This document shows, piece after piece, positions 51,834 to 64,000 of a DNA stretch of 64,000 nt. The notes under the pieces are model-generated. The model was not told where the DNA came from. It searched no databases and worked only from the letters and a program-made list of their open reading frames with translations. The stretch covers positions 38,998,001 to 39,062,000 of the forward strand of contig NC_059435.1 of the NCBI RefSeq assembly GCF_021028975.2, given 5' to 3'. Each line of letters opens with the position of its first letter. Position 1 is the stretch's first letter. The position numbers were made by a program, and so were the translations under genes. The DNA is from Sphaerodactylus townsendi (lineage: Eukaryota).

Positions 51834-54602
51834 GTCACAAAGCAATTTCAGTTGTCTTCCCTTCTTCCCTAGCAATAGGCACCTTGTGAGGTAGGTGGGG
51901 CTGAGGGAGTGCTGAGATAACTGTAATTAGCCAAAGGTCACACAGCAGGCTTTATGTGGAGGAGCAGGCAATTAAACCTGGCTCTCCAGATTAGGAGTCA
52001 GTCACTCTTAATCATGACACCATGCTGGTTTGGGGAGGACCAGGTGATGAGTTTTCTATCTCTGGTTCCAAACGATCTTAGGCTTGTTCTAAAAAAACCC
52101 ATGCAACTGGACCCATCCACACAATATTATTCCTTGCACAATTGCCTCAGCAGTGTGGAACAACTGCATGCTGAAGCAGGAGAGGGTATGGAGAGAATAA
52201 AAGGCCTTGCACATTCTAGTCTAAGATATTGCCTTTTTTGTTGCTATGTACCTTGTGAACATTCAACAAAGTGAAAAATTATTGAAAAAATTCTGTGTAT
52301 GACCTTTCCACAATCTGAAATGTCATGGGAGTTTTATGGCCTTGGGTGAATAATATGAACTGAATATATATGAATGCAGTTAGTGCTTCCAAAACACCAA
52401 TGCTATTCCACTACAGTTAGAGCTCCTCGGTTTTAAACTGTTTCAGTGAATTATGTTTAGAGAATTTAAGGAACAGATCCTATGAGTATTTCTGGAAAGG
52501 CAGCAGCTCAGTGGTACAGAACCTGCTTGGCATGGAGAAGATCCATGGTTCAATCCTTGGCATGTCCAGTTAAAAGAATCAGGTAGTAGGTAATGCAGAA
52601 GGCTTGAGGACTTGGAGAGCCACTTGCTGGTCAAGATTACACCATAGTGACCTTGATAGATGAATAGTGCGATTCAAGACAGGTTCATATGTTCACGTAA
52701 TCTAATTTAAATCGAAAAGCCTTTATGAACAGATTTCTGGATGAGAAAAATGAGTCAAGTTATGCATAGCTAATTATTTTGGTTTAAACCATCTATAACA
52801 GGCACTGTTCTGACTTGGCTGGCTCAGGCTAGCCCAATCTGGAAGCTCAGCAGAGCTGGCTATGGAAATGCAGGGTTATGATGCAGAGCCAGGCAATGGA
52901 AAGGCACCTGTGCTCATGTCTTTCCTTGAAAATGCTATGCGATTGCCATATGTGGTGTGCAATTTGGTCTGGTGGGCCACTGCGAGTAGCAGAGTGCTGG
53001 ACTAGATGGACTCTGGTCTGATCCAGCAGGCTTGTTCTTATGTTCTTAGGTTCTTCTAATTTGGCACTTTCTATCAACAGACACTGGAAGAACAATCTCG
53101 TATTGATGCTAAGCTCAAGTGAATCTCTCTCCTTCCTCTTCATAGTAATTTTGTCCCAGTATATAAAACTTTATTCTGTCTTTCATTCATTTGAATGAAT
53201 ATTGGAAATTATGTATAAAAGCTATAGCTATTTCATACTAGCAATCATACTAGATTTATCTGTTTCTCAAGGCCGTTATTTTCTACCAGCAAGCAGAGGC
53301 ATACCAGGAGAAAATGGCGCCTGGGGCAACACCTGCCCTAACCCTAACCCTCGCCCCCTTACCTTACTTGGCAGAGGAAGGCAGTCCCAAGCAGACTGGC
53401 GGGATCAGGCCTGGCAAGGCCAGGCTGAGGGGTGCCAGGTGGGCCCATGCCAGACTCCTGGCCCTATGTGTTGAGTTCTGAGCAGCTGGTAGATTAACAC
53501 AGTAACAGCAGGCCTAGCCTATTTATTTCCCTGGTCTCATCTCCTTTCCTCTTACTTTCCCTATGATCCTTCCAAATCCAATACCACTTGCCCCACTGTG
53601 GTCATGATGACCTTTGCCTGACCAAGATGATGATTCTATGTATTTTCTATGAATATTTATTGCAACATGATTTTGTTTACATATGTTTATGTAACTTTTT
53701 TTCTGCTCCTCTCTCTCTCTCTCTCTCTCCCTCTGCGTGTCTGTGTAGTTCTTGATTCTCATTACTTAATTATCCTTAATCTATGGGATCCTCTCTTTTG
53801 GCTTCAAATTTTACTTTTTCTGCATTTTACTTTAAAAATCTGTACAGTACTTCTAATCCTTCTAAAACCATATTAATTTCATTGCCCAATGAGCCATGCT
53901 ACATTCATTCTCATGATAGCTTTTGAAAACTGTATCACTATTGCTCCCATTTTGCTGATGGGTATCTACCCGAAACGCAACAGACTTGATAATCCCAAGG
54001 CCACCTAGAGAGATTCCAAAGCTGCACAGAGGCTGCATTCGAATGACTAACAGCAACCTGGGAGATCTGAATCTACTTAAATCATGGTTGTATTTGTTCT
54101 AAATGAGAGGGAAAGGTAACAAGGGAAGAAGTGAATTCTGTTTCCTCTTCTCCCATTTGATTATAATATCTAGAACTAAACCTGCTCTTCTACCTCACAC
54201 CCTGCCCTGAAGTAGTGTTTCTGAAATACATTATCAGCTATTATATGAGAAGGAATGGTATTGTGTACAGCATTCATTTAATACATACTTTCCCCGAATG
54301 CTGTCATGATCAGCTTATGAAGGTATTGCTCAACATGGGTTGGTTCGCTTTATTGAACCACCTTATCAACTAGGCTAAAGAATGATTAAATGATGGGACA
54401 CCCCCCCCCTCCATTTCCATTGTATACTAGATAAATAATATGGATCCTAACTGACTTAAAAAATCAGTGGTTTGGAAGGCAATGGTATGGTTCAGATCAC
54501 AGTCTGTGCTATCTGAATGACTGTTGGAATTGGAATTGGTTGGAATCCTGGTATGAAACTGTGTTTTCAGTTATAATTTTGCCATTTGGCAACAAAGACT
54601 AG

Positions 54603-54743
54603 GGCCCCTTCCACACACGCAAAATAATGCGTTTTCAAACCACTTTCACAACTGTTTGCAAGTGAATTTTGCCATTCCGCACAGCTTCAAAGAGCACTGA
54701 AACCAGTTTGAAAGTGCATTATTCTGCATGTGCGGAATGAGCC
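54603..54743. mobile_element. ~140-bp Harbinger-like MITE
   Basis: TSD TAG, with the family TIR and body. Confidence 0.85.
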
Positions 54744-54838
54744 TAGGAAAGACCAAGAATGTTCACAAACCTACTCATGTAAGTGTAAGTTGTGGTTAGC
54801 ATTATGTCTGAATAATGCCAACACAGATTAACCCGATT

Positions 54839-54988
54839 TAGAGGCGTAGCTCCAAGGGGACTGGGGTGTGTGCAATGCACCGGGCGTGCGCCCTGTGGGG
54901 TGTGTGGCAAGCGCGTGGCGGGGACGGGGGCATTCCTGGGCGGGACTGGGGCAGAGGACTGGGAGCTTTTCCCCTTGCTAAGCCTCTG
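54839..54988. mobile_element. Short non-autonomous hAT element
   Basis: Termini TAGAGGCGTAGC...GCTAAGCCTCTG. TSD ACCCGATT/ACCTTATT (6/8). Related to the 30257 and 18713 elements. Confidence 0.7.
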
Positions 54989-56818
54989 ACCTTATTCTCA
55001 CCTAACCAGGAAGCCTTGTGCCTATGACACATATTACAGATAATATGGACTTTTCCCTCAAGAAGAGACAAGAAATAACAACAAAAAATGCACACAGCTG
55101 CCTGCCTTGACCCATTGGACTATGACCTGACCACACTTGTGCTCGCTGCCCACTTTGCCCTGCGAGGCTGGACCTGACCATGCCCTGCCTGCCAGCAGCA
55201 CAGCCTTAGTCCAACTTTAAAATTATTCTTATTGTTATGGCCTGTCCTTATACTCTGAAGTCATGATATGTGGTTTAAGATTGGATCCAGACTAAATTTT
55301 CAAGCCATGGAATGAAGCCATTTCCTGTTCCCTCATCCAAAGCCACCCATTGATCTCTGTGAAATGCTGTTCTTGAAAGACTGGGGATTTCAAGGAACAC
55401 CATGAAAAGAATCTGTAGACGGCAGGGGGAATTGATAGAAATTTTAAATGTAGTTTGGATTCAATCCTTACTATGCAGTTGTTTCTGTATCTGCTATTCA
55501 GGTAACTGGGCGTAAACAAACACACCTATGAAAGTAATTGGTCCATTCCCGACTTTACCACCACAGGCACTGGAAGCCCATCGAAGGGAGCCTATGTTCC
55601 CAATATATGCATTTGCCATTCTGTATGAACAGGACATTTGACTTATCAACATACGTATGCTTTTCTACAAACTTTTTCATATGCAGCAAAGCTGCACGAG
55701 CATGGAAAATCCTCTCATTGCTCTATTTACACAAAAATGTGACCACACATATCTGCCTAGCTCCTAGTGCATGTTACCGTAATGTCTGAAAAAGACTTGT
55801 GATTATATGACAATTCATGTTAAAAAAAACAAATAAGAGAATAGAAAGAAATTATGTGGTCTCAGTAAACACAATCCAGATGCCTGTCTCAAAAAAAGTC
55901 AAGCTACCCTCTATCAGGAAGGTTTACCCCCTTGACCTGAATTACACTGAGCTGCCTTGTACCACAAGAAAGGGAGGGGTATAAATGTTTTAATAAATTC
56001 ACAAATAAACAATCTTCTACAAAATGCCTACAGCAATCAAAATAAGGTGATTGCTTACAATTTACCTATAGCATTAGATATGGTAGAACTGAATGAGCAA
56101 AAACTAACATATGACAAAGTTCTATAGACTATATTAATTTCTGGTAAACTTCCTTTTCTAGTGGGAGACAACCAGGGAAATAGGAACAATTACCTTGGAC
56201 AAAACTGAGAATTGTACCAGACAAAATGCAGAGAGGTCTGTCAATGGACTGCCTTATGTTTTTTTCCCTAGTAAATACTAGCCATAGGCCAATCTGATTT
56301 GGCAGAACTGCAGGGAAAGGTTTTGTTCCCCAAAATTATCTCCCACATTTGTTCACAGTTTCAGTCTACCCTCCAGAGTTGCTGTTAGACCTGCTGAGAA
56401 AAATATGCTGTTTTTTAAAAATTGGATTTGGTATCTCACCCTTTCCCAGCACAGGGTGCCTGTATATTTTCTCCAGTAAGCTCCAATCTGAATCACACAT
56501 CTCCTACAATGGCTATTTCTCAATTTAAACAATGAGGGAGGACAATTCAATCAAGGAGAGATGGAGCCATCCAGGGATCTCCCAGCATCTTGTGTAGTCT
56601 GATCATGCTTGGATCACTGACCCTGATTTACCAGGGAGAGAAAATTATCAAGTCCTCCCAAATTCAGCCAATCCATTTCCTGTACTACCACTTTCTGATG
56701 CCCAAACAAATGGGGGAAACCCTAAGATTTTTATGGAACTGAAATTCAGTTTGCATTACAAATGTAAACTTACAGTGCAATTCTGAGAACACTTTTCTGA
56801 GAGTAAGACGCTCTGTTT

Positions 56819-57116
56819 AAGAAGAAGAACAAGAAGAGCTGGATTTATACCCCACCTTTCTCTCCTAGAGGAGACTCAAAGGGGCTTACAAACTTCTTAC
56901 CCTTCCCCCCTCACAACAAACACCCTGTGAGTTAGGTGGGGCTGAGAGAGCTCAAAAGAACTGTGACTAGCCCAAGGTCACCCAGCTGACATGTGTTGGA
57001 ATGCACAGGCTAATCTGAATTCCCCAGATAAGTCTCCACAGCTCAGGTGGCAGAGCGGGTAATCAAGTCTGGTTCTTCCAGATTAGAGTACACCTGCTCT
57101 TAACCACTACGCTACT
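56819..57116 (-). mobile_element. Squam3-like SINE, full length
   Basis: The reverse complement aligns end to end with 18223-18520. Confidence 0.85.
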
Positions 57117-57619
57117 ATAGTAGGATTCTGAGTGGACCTGCTCACATTGGCACTGTTAGTTGCAGTGGGAAATCTCATTCTAAAACTTGTTAGGATATTG
57201 TTAGTAATAAAATACTCAAACACAGTGAATGTGTCATCTTACTTGTTGCAAGGTCTTGGTGATAAAATCCATGCTTTGTAATATATGCCTAGAGTATGAA
57301 AAGCACCAGAACAATTTGCCAAGCTTTGCCTTCTCAATGATTTTATAGGTCACAAGCTAATTTTCATTTCTCTTTCCAAAGGATCATAACACATCTTGAG
57401 GTTTGTGCTGTCACACTGTAAGACACATGCTTTGAAAACAGCAAGCTGCTCCAGTTACAGTCAGTGTTGTATGTACACTTCCACAGCTGAGATTCTTATT
57501 CTTATTAATTTGCTGTACACTGGGGATCAGTCTAGAGTCTCTTGACCGACGAACTGTGATTAACCCAATTGCCAACCAAAATTGTGGCTGAAGAGGAAGT
57601 TGTAACAATGAGCTATTCT

Positions 57620-57830
57620 GGAGTCAGTGGGATGTAGTAGTTAGTAAAACTGACTAGGCCTTGGGGAGACCAGTGGTCAAATTGCCACTCTGCCAAGAAC
57701 CTCACTCAGTGAGCCTGGGTGGCACCGGGCCTCTTAGCCTAACCTACCTCAGCAAGTTTTTGTGAAAATAGAATGGAAGAAGGAAGAACTGTGTACATCC
57801 CCTCGAGCTTCATGGAAGAAAGTGGTACAG
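57620..57830 (+). mobile_element. Older degenerate tRNA-derived SINE
   Basis: Degenerate head (gagtcagtgggatgtagtagttag) and core (ttagcctaacctacctcagcaag). Similar copies occur at about 40640-40870 and 61830-62020. Confidence 0.55.
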
Positions 57831-58841
57831 AGATCAGACAGACATCCACAGGATACTTGGGGACTCCCCATCTAGAATGTTGGCTCCCTAATCCATTTTT
57901 CTGAGTTCTATGTTATTTTAGCGCACTGTATAGCAATGGTAAAGTATTCCTCAGGAGGAGTCTCAAATCAGCTGTCCTTCTAAATACTCCAGACTCCTTT
58001 CAAACTTGGCATGCCAAGACTCTGTCTCTGTGGGATTATGACCAAATGAGGAGAGTGATCATTTTCTGAGACATTTCTCAGAAATCACAAAGTCACACAT
58101 AAATAGCACTTCTGTTCTGAGCCGCCAACTGTTTTTCGGCATCTGCTGACCTCTGAAAGTATTGTATAAGCATCTTTAGGCAGAGCTGCCAGAACGGAAA
58201 TCCTGTTTGTGGCATTTTCTGGAACTAATAAAAAAGAGTGCCGCGAGAATTCCCCTCCACACAAGGTAGCTTAAGGGGAATGAATTCTTAAGGTCACAAG
58301 CCAAAGAAAAGGGATTTACGTGATATAAACTGCTTCTGAATGCGCTATATAATGAATAACTTTCTGTTACAGATAGACTTGGATGGCTGTCATAGGATCC
58401 AGCAGCCTAATATGAACTTCCATGTGGTTTGCTGGAGCCTATTTTAATCCTGAGCATTAGGGTTTTTTTTTAAAAAAATCTCATCCCATTGCTTTAAAAA
58501 AGGCTGAGAAAAGACGATAGTTGTGCTTCCTCAAGGCCGAACTCCTTCCTGTCCTATATTGTGAGATCTCATGATTTCTATTTACTAGTATCAGCAGATC
58601 TGAAATGAAGAATGCTTTTTTAAAAAAAAGAGCATGGGAGATGGGAGAATGTAACCCATACAATTTTTATGAGCAGAAACAAACACACAAGAATGCTTCT
58701 ACAGACTTCCTTGAGAACTTAGTATAGGAGATAAAGAAATCAGTTTGCATCCTAAGAAAGATGTCTGTGGCCCGACTGCAGAAGCAAAGGATTTGCCCTT
58801 TTTGCATAAATTAAAGGCATGGATTATACTGCTGTGACTAA

Positions 58842-58991
58842 GGACTCTCCGCACATGCAGAATAATACACTTTCAATCCACTTTCACAATTGTTTGCAAG
58901 TGGATTTTGCTATTCCGCACAGTAAAATCCAGCTGCAAAGTGCATTGAAAGTGGATTGAAAGTGCATTATTCTGTATGTGTGGAAGGGGCC
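58842..58991. mobile_element. ~150-bp Harbinger-like MITE
   Basis: TSD TAA and long imperfect TIRs (gcacatgcagaataat.cactttcaatccactttca). Confidence 0.85.
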
Positions 58992-61100
58992 TAAGCAATG
59001 GAACTGTGGATAGGAATGCAACATTATAAGTGATGGGTATAAATTGTACATATATTTTAGAACAATTAAAAGTACTTTTATACCAGAGCCCTTAATCTCA
59101 GGGCCTCAGCCAGCCTTCTTCACTTCTCGGTCCATTCAGCTCTTCCCCAGCCAATCTGCAAGGGTGGGTAGGAGGAAGAGGAACATGTGTGGTAAGGGTG
59201 GAAAGGATCCAGTCTTCCAAACTGATACATTGCCAATTCATGCTTTAAGTCCTACGTTCCCCGCCTCCCATCAAGCCCCTGCCATGCTGACAGCTAAAGT
59301 AGCTAAAGGGGGGAAGGGGTTCAAAAACAACCAACCATTTTAAAAACAGCATTCTATCAGTTATATAGAAATTGCTATATAACACTTTAAAACCCAGTGT
59401 TCTCAATAATTCCTTGTTGGAGCAAAACAGTGCCCTACATTGGGGGAGGGGGTGTTACCATTGGTGTAGCCCTGCTTCACGTCTCTATTTAGTATATATG
59501 CTTTTGACATCACAGACAAATGGTTGCAATGCTGAGATTCCATGTTAGGACAGTGTACAGGTAGCTCTTAATGGCCACTTATTATGCTTTCAAATTAAAC
59601 ACTAGTTTTATTCAAACACTTGCTTGTGTTTGTTTGTGCGCCCCACCCCCCTCCGGTGGATCTTCTTGGCTGCCAGAAGAAATATACAAAGAGAACACAG
59701 ATGCCATCTAATCTGAGCATTGTTTCTACACTGTGCAGCATCAGGTGTCATTTGACCCTGAGCATCCTTAGAACTCCTGGCAACTTCGAGCCTGTTACCC
59801 CTCAGTATGAAGTGAAGCCTTTTGTTATCAAGGGCACAACGTGCACAGCTGCTTCTGTGATTGTTCAAAGAGGAACAGATGGCTGCACTCAGTACAAAAA
59901 ACTGGGGGGGGGGATTTAAAAGGCGATGGAGAGAACTGAGGGGATGACATCACTATCGTACTTAGAATTTATTTTGCTAGTTTTATAGAATTAAGTCTAA
60001 CATTGAAAGACAGTATTAGCACATCCAGATAAAGCTTGGTTTACAGAGACAAGTGAACCGAAACCTTTTCTGAACAGTTTTACAGTCATTTTCCCAGTGT
60101 ATATTTGTTCGAAGAAGGTACTTAATATGGTCTTATTATTCAACAACTCTTTAATTCATCCCCTAAAATCAAAAGTGGTTGAATTTGCTGGGTCATGCCC
60201 TCAGAGATTCCTACATAGTGGGTCCTCCTGGCATGTTCTGGGTGAAATCTGATACCAGCTGATACTTTGTGCACAGCAAAGCATCCTCCGCAGAATGCAG
60301 ACAAAGAGGTCTTAAAATTATCTGACTCTCCCATACCCATTTTGCTTTTTTCACATCCCCCTGATGAAGAGAGAGAGAGCTTGGGAGCTTGTAAAACATT
60401 TGGTTGGCCTTAATAAAAGTTATTACATGGGCATTTGGGAGGGGGGGCACTTGTTATTGACAGCTACCAATTTCCCCCTCTTCTGTATAGAGTGTGACTA
60501 ACCACAAAAAGCAACGAGGATGAGGATGCTACTATAGAAACTGGGAATGCATGCACACCTACAGTGAGCGACAGCAATACTGAAATTAAAGCAAAAACTA
60601 AAACTAGATTTTGTTTTGTTAAAAAAACGATGGTATTATTCTATCTGTGACTTCTCACCTTTTCATTTAGAAATGACTCAATAAATCCACTGGTCGAGAA
60701 ATGTTGGTGAAAACCATGGTACCCGCAGGTTCCATGTTAGGCTCCCCTGCTATAAATACACACTATTAAGGAGGCATATTGGTGGCTTTCATAGGCATCA
60801 CATCTCTAATTACTTATTTTTAATACTGTGGTGATTGTAAATGTAGTCACCACAATGAGACCTCTGAGTAAGCAGGACAGAAGTAACTAAAATAAATATA
60901 TAAATACGAGTTACTATAGTATCCTTTGTTAGGAGAGTGGGAAGAGTTATCCAGGCATTCTGTCTGCCCCCTGAAATTTGACTGGAGTATCTGTGCAGAT
61001 ACAGTTCACTGAACATTAAATTATTGTATAAATGATGTTTATACACTGTTGTGTTGTGAAACAGGTGACTTTGATGATACCATTGAACACCCAAGACTGA

Positions 61101-61240
61101 GGCCTCTTCTGTACATGCAGAATAATGCACTTTCAATGCACTTTGCAGCTGGATTTTATTGTGTGGAATAGCAAAATCTACTTTCAAACAATTATGAAAG
61201 TGGATTGAAAGTGCATTATTCTGCATGTGCAGAAGGGGCC
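61101..61240. mobile_element. ~140-bp Harbinger-like MITE (opposite orientation to 58842)
   Basis: TSD TGA and the family TIR. Confidence 0.85.
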
Positions 61241-62033
61241 TGAGGCTGGTGGTTGCTACTTGCAGTATCCTCTGAGGTGTGGTAGACAGAGGTAAGCTTA
61301 TCTATTAGATCACTCTTCACTCATACTCAATAGTCAGCACATAGAGATTCTAGTACCTTCAATAACAAGTCTCTTTATTGCTTTGGACTGATAGAGAACA
61401 AATAGAGAATGAGACATTCAGGATTTTTAAATTTTATTTTGATTTTTAACTGGCACTGTTTTTGAACTATTTTTGTAAACTGCGTTGAATTATGAGGAAA
61501 GGTGGGATTTAAATGTTTTTAACAAATAAATAAAAATAGAAAAATACTAAAACACATACACTGGAAGACCACAACCAACAGGACCTAGTGAGCACCCTCT
61601 CATATAGGCTTTGAGGGGAAATAGAAACTAGTTCATGAAGGCTCAGTTAAAGCTATACGTACATCATACATTCCACTGGTTTGACATCAACACATTTTGC
61701 AATGTTAGTGTGATCTCCTGCATTTGTTTCTTATGACAAAAAAAATGCTACAGGTTGCAATACTGAAATGGGACAGAAACAGGCTATATTTTTCCCTAAA
61801 ATAAATGTTTATTGAGAGTCACCATGGGGTAATGGTTGGAATGCTAGATAAACACTGATCTGGGTTTTAAATTCTTTTCAGCCATGAAGCTGACTGGATA
61901 ACTCTGGACCAGTTAGTCTCTCTCATCAAAACTTTGCCTCATGGGGCTATTGTGCAGTTAACACGGAAGGAGATTCACAGTGTCCTGCCTCTAGAGAAGA
62001 AGGGTGGGATAAATTTGTGATAGATATTACATA

Positions 62034-62446
62034 GGCCGTTTCTGCATGGCCCAAATACGATTAGCCTAAGGCGCCATTCGCACAGGCGGCGCTGCTGACA
62101 TGCTCCCCCAGAGCGGCATCAGGCTGCCCCCCAAAACCTCCTTCCTGGAGGGAGGTTTTTTGAAAACAGCGTGTTCCCGCCGCTGGGAACACGCTGTTTT
62201 CCCCGTCCCCCCCCCCACTCACCTCATCGTCCTGTGTCGCTCTGCCGGACTGCTGAGACCCTCCCTCGCTGTCCTCCGACCCCTGGAGGTCGGAGGGCAG
62301 CGTAGGCGTGTCTTAGCAGTCCAGCAGGGCGATGCAGGACAACAAGGTGAGTGTGGGGGGGGGGACGGGGAAGAGGTGGCTCCGTGCAGAGCCGCCTCTC
62401 CTGCACCGGCCTCTGCGGGGGCCCTTTCCACAGTACGGAAAGGGCC
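62034..62446. mobile_element. GC-rich Harbinger-like MITE with internal hairpins
   Basis: TSD ATA. TIR GGCCGTTTCTGCA...TACGGAAAGGGCC. A long internal inverted repeat is centred near 62280. Confidence 0.8.
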
Positions 62447-64000
62447 ATAGAGTAGCAGTTCATAAGACCAGACACTTTTCTACTGAAGAATCTGTTTTGA
62501 GATGTATCTACTGCGTATTAGTACTGAAGACTTATCGGGGCTTGAACCAGCAACGTTCTGATCAGAAGATCTGTAGAATCATGAGGTGAGGCATGGAAAT
62601 TACAAACATGTTAATTCTTGAGAGCTAAAAGGAATTTTGAGCCTCATAGAAGCCTACCCACACAAACACTGCCCATTGGCTCTCTGAAGCTGTGAAGCAG
62701 GAAATGTCTGTCCTATGAACTGTCTTACTTCGTCCTAATGCACTGACCAGCTGACCTGCTGTCTTGATTACTGACCCTTATTTTCTCTGTGAGCTTCGCT
62801 TCTGTCTCTTTGCTTGGTGCATCTCAGATTCTTTCTCAATAGCTGTGAGATTTTTTTAATGAACTTTGGTTCCTACTTAAGTGATTCCATGTGATCTGGG
62901 TGAAGACCTCTGGACTTTTCCTGGACTCTGTCCCTGACTCTGCTGAGGTGCTGTATAAGACCTCAATCATGACACACATCAAGTTTTCACAGCTCATATT
63001 GTATCATCTCTTTAATCGAGGTCTGTTGAATATCAGTGTTAAACACATCTATAATCTTCTTTAGAATACAATTTGTTCTGTTAGAAAAAAAGTCCCAGCT
63101 CTGAAAGTAGGCTTTGGAACATGATGAAATGGTTACTCTGACATCCATGCATGAGTAAGAGCAGAGCTATGTTTTGTGAGGTCTTGTGTGAATTAAAGAT
63201 ATTTTGTGGTTTCGTTTTTGTTTCCCAAGGGCTTTAGAAAGAAGATCAGATCTAAACATTACTAGAAACAGGAATCATCCAAGCCATGCCCTGTGCAAGA
63301 AATGGGTCCCAGATGGAAGGTCTTAAAACTCTCAGCTGTTCGGGACATACTTACGATCAAAGGCATTAATAGGGAACTTACACAGCCAACAAGGAAACAC
63401 AGTTAACTTTGTTCACACAAATGAATCAACGTTTTAGAATGTGGCAGAAACTAATAGCGTGTTCTTTTCAACAATAGTCTAGATAAAATATTTAGAAAAT
63501 AGCATGTTTTCACCCTGTAAATTTCACTTATTGCCATTTTAAGTATAATAGTTTTAAAGCAACAGCAAAATTTTGCAATTGCTGTGATAAATGCATCTCT
63601 TGGAATCACCATGATAAACCGCCTTGAATTATATATCCTGGACAGAGACCAATAACAAAGTAACTGAGTAGAAATCCTTTGGTAAGCTATTTCTTGTGAT
63701 ATTTTTCAAATTAAACTGATTTGCATTAAGAGATTTGTTAAGTTGACCTGGTATGGATGAGAAAGGATGGAATTTAGTTTCAGTACATTGGTATCATATT
63801 CTCACACTCAAAATTTATTTTAATTTATAGAATATATACCTGGGCACACTTGTCTAAAATCAGTAACTGATAAGAATTTAATAGTGTAAAGGAGTATCAA
63901 GAAGCAGGTTTCCTTTGACCCAGTGAAACAGTTCTTACCCAGAATCCCAAATTTCAAAAGATTAAGATAGATTTACACTCTAAAGGGCTGTAAATTTCTT

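Larger units (their letters stand above)
51392..52030 (-). mobile_element. Squam3-like SINE hosting a hAT element
   Basis: The SINE tail (51392-51444) and the body plus head (51834-52030) are separated by the insert. Confidence 0.75.

Noticed and set aside
62609-62974. Possible solo LTR (TGTTA...TGACA)
   Set aside because: The TSD is imperfect (aaca/caca), there is no second copy and no PBS or PPT, so support is insufficient.
43950-64000. Upstream beta2-chimaerin (SH2) exons or another gene
   Set aside because: I found no recognisable coding segment. The ORFs are short and random or repeat-derived. Small or non-coding exons cannot be excluded by eye.

Overview
Vertebrate genomic DNA, most likely a squamate and probably a gecko judging from the SINE and MITE content (inference). 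It holds two minus-strand genes in the conserved CHN2-PRR15 order. (1) CHN2 (beta-chimaerin): I reconstructed seven coding exons by hand, all with GT-AG boundaries and consistent phases: 43450-43205, 30927-30843, 25755-25582, 24667-24590, 21257-21120, 19701-19596 and 16163-15992. They total 999 nt, giving a 332-aa beta1-chimaerin with an intact C1 domain and RhoGAP domain. Three of these exons are absent from the ORF track. The beta2 acceptor lies inside the beta1 first exon, and the SH2-encoding beta2 exons lie beyond position 64000. Exon numbers below follow human beta2 numbering as I recall it. (2) PRR15: a single coding exon (4636-4253) with a probable CpG-island promoter and non-coding first exon at about 8100-8620. 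The rest is intronic or intergenic DNA dense with non-autonomous hAT elements (8-bp TSDs), PIF/Harbinger-like MITEs (3-bp TSDs), tRNA- and 5S-derived SINEs, RTE and CR1 fragments, and a Penelope-like hairpin, several of them nested. I see no convincing novel multi-gene system. The best leads are a long open in-frame extension with a uORF upstream of the beta1 start, a triple-nested insertion containing a 100-bp near-perfect hairpin, orphan inserts flanked by long target duplications, and a structured CpG-rich element in the probable CHN2 3' UTR.
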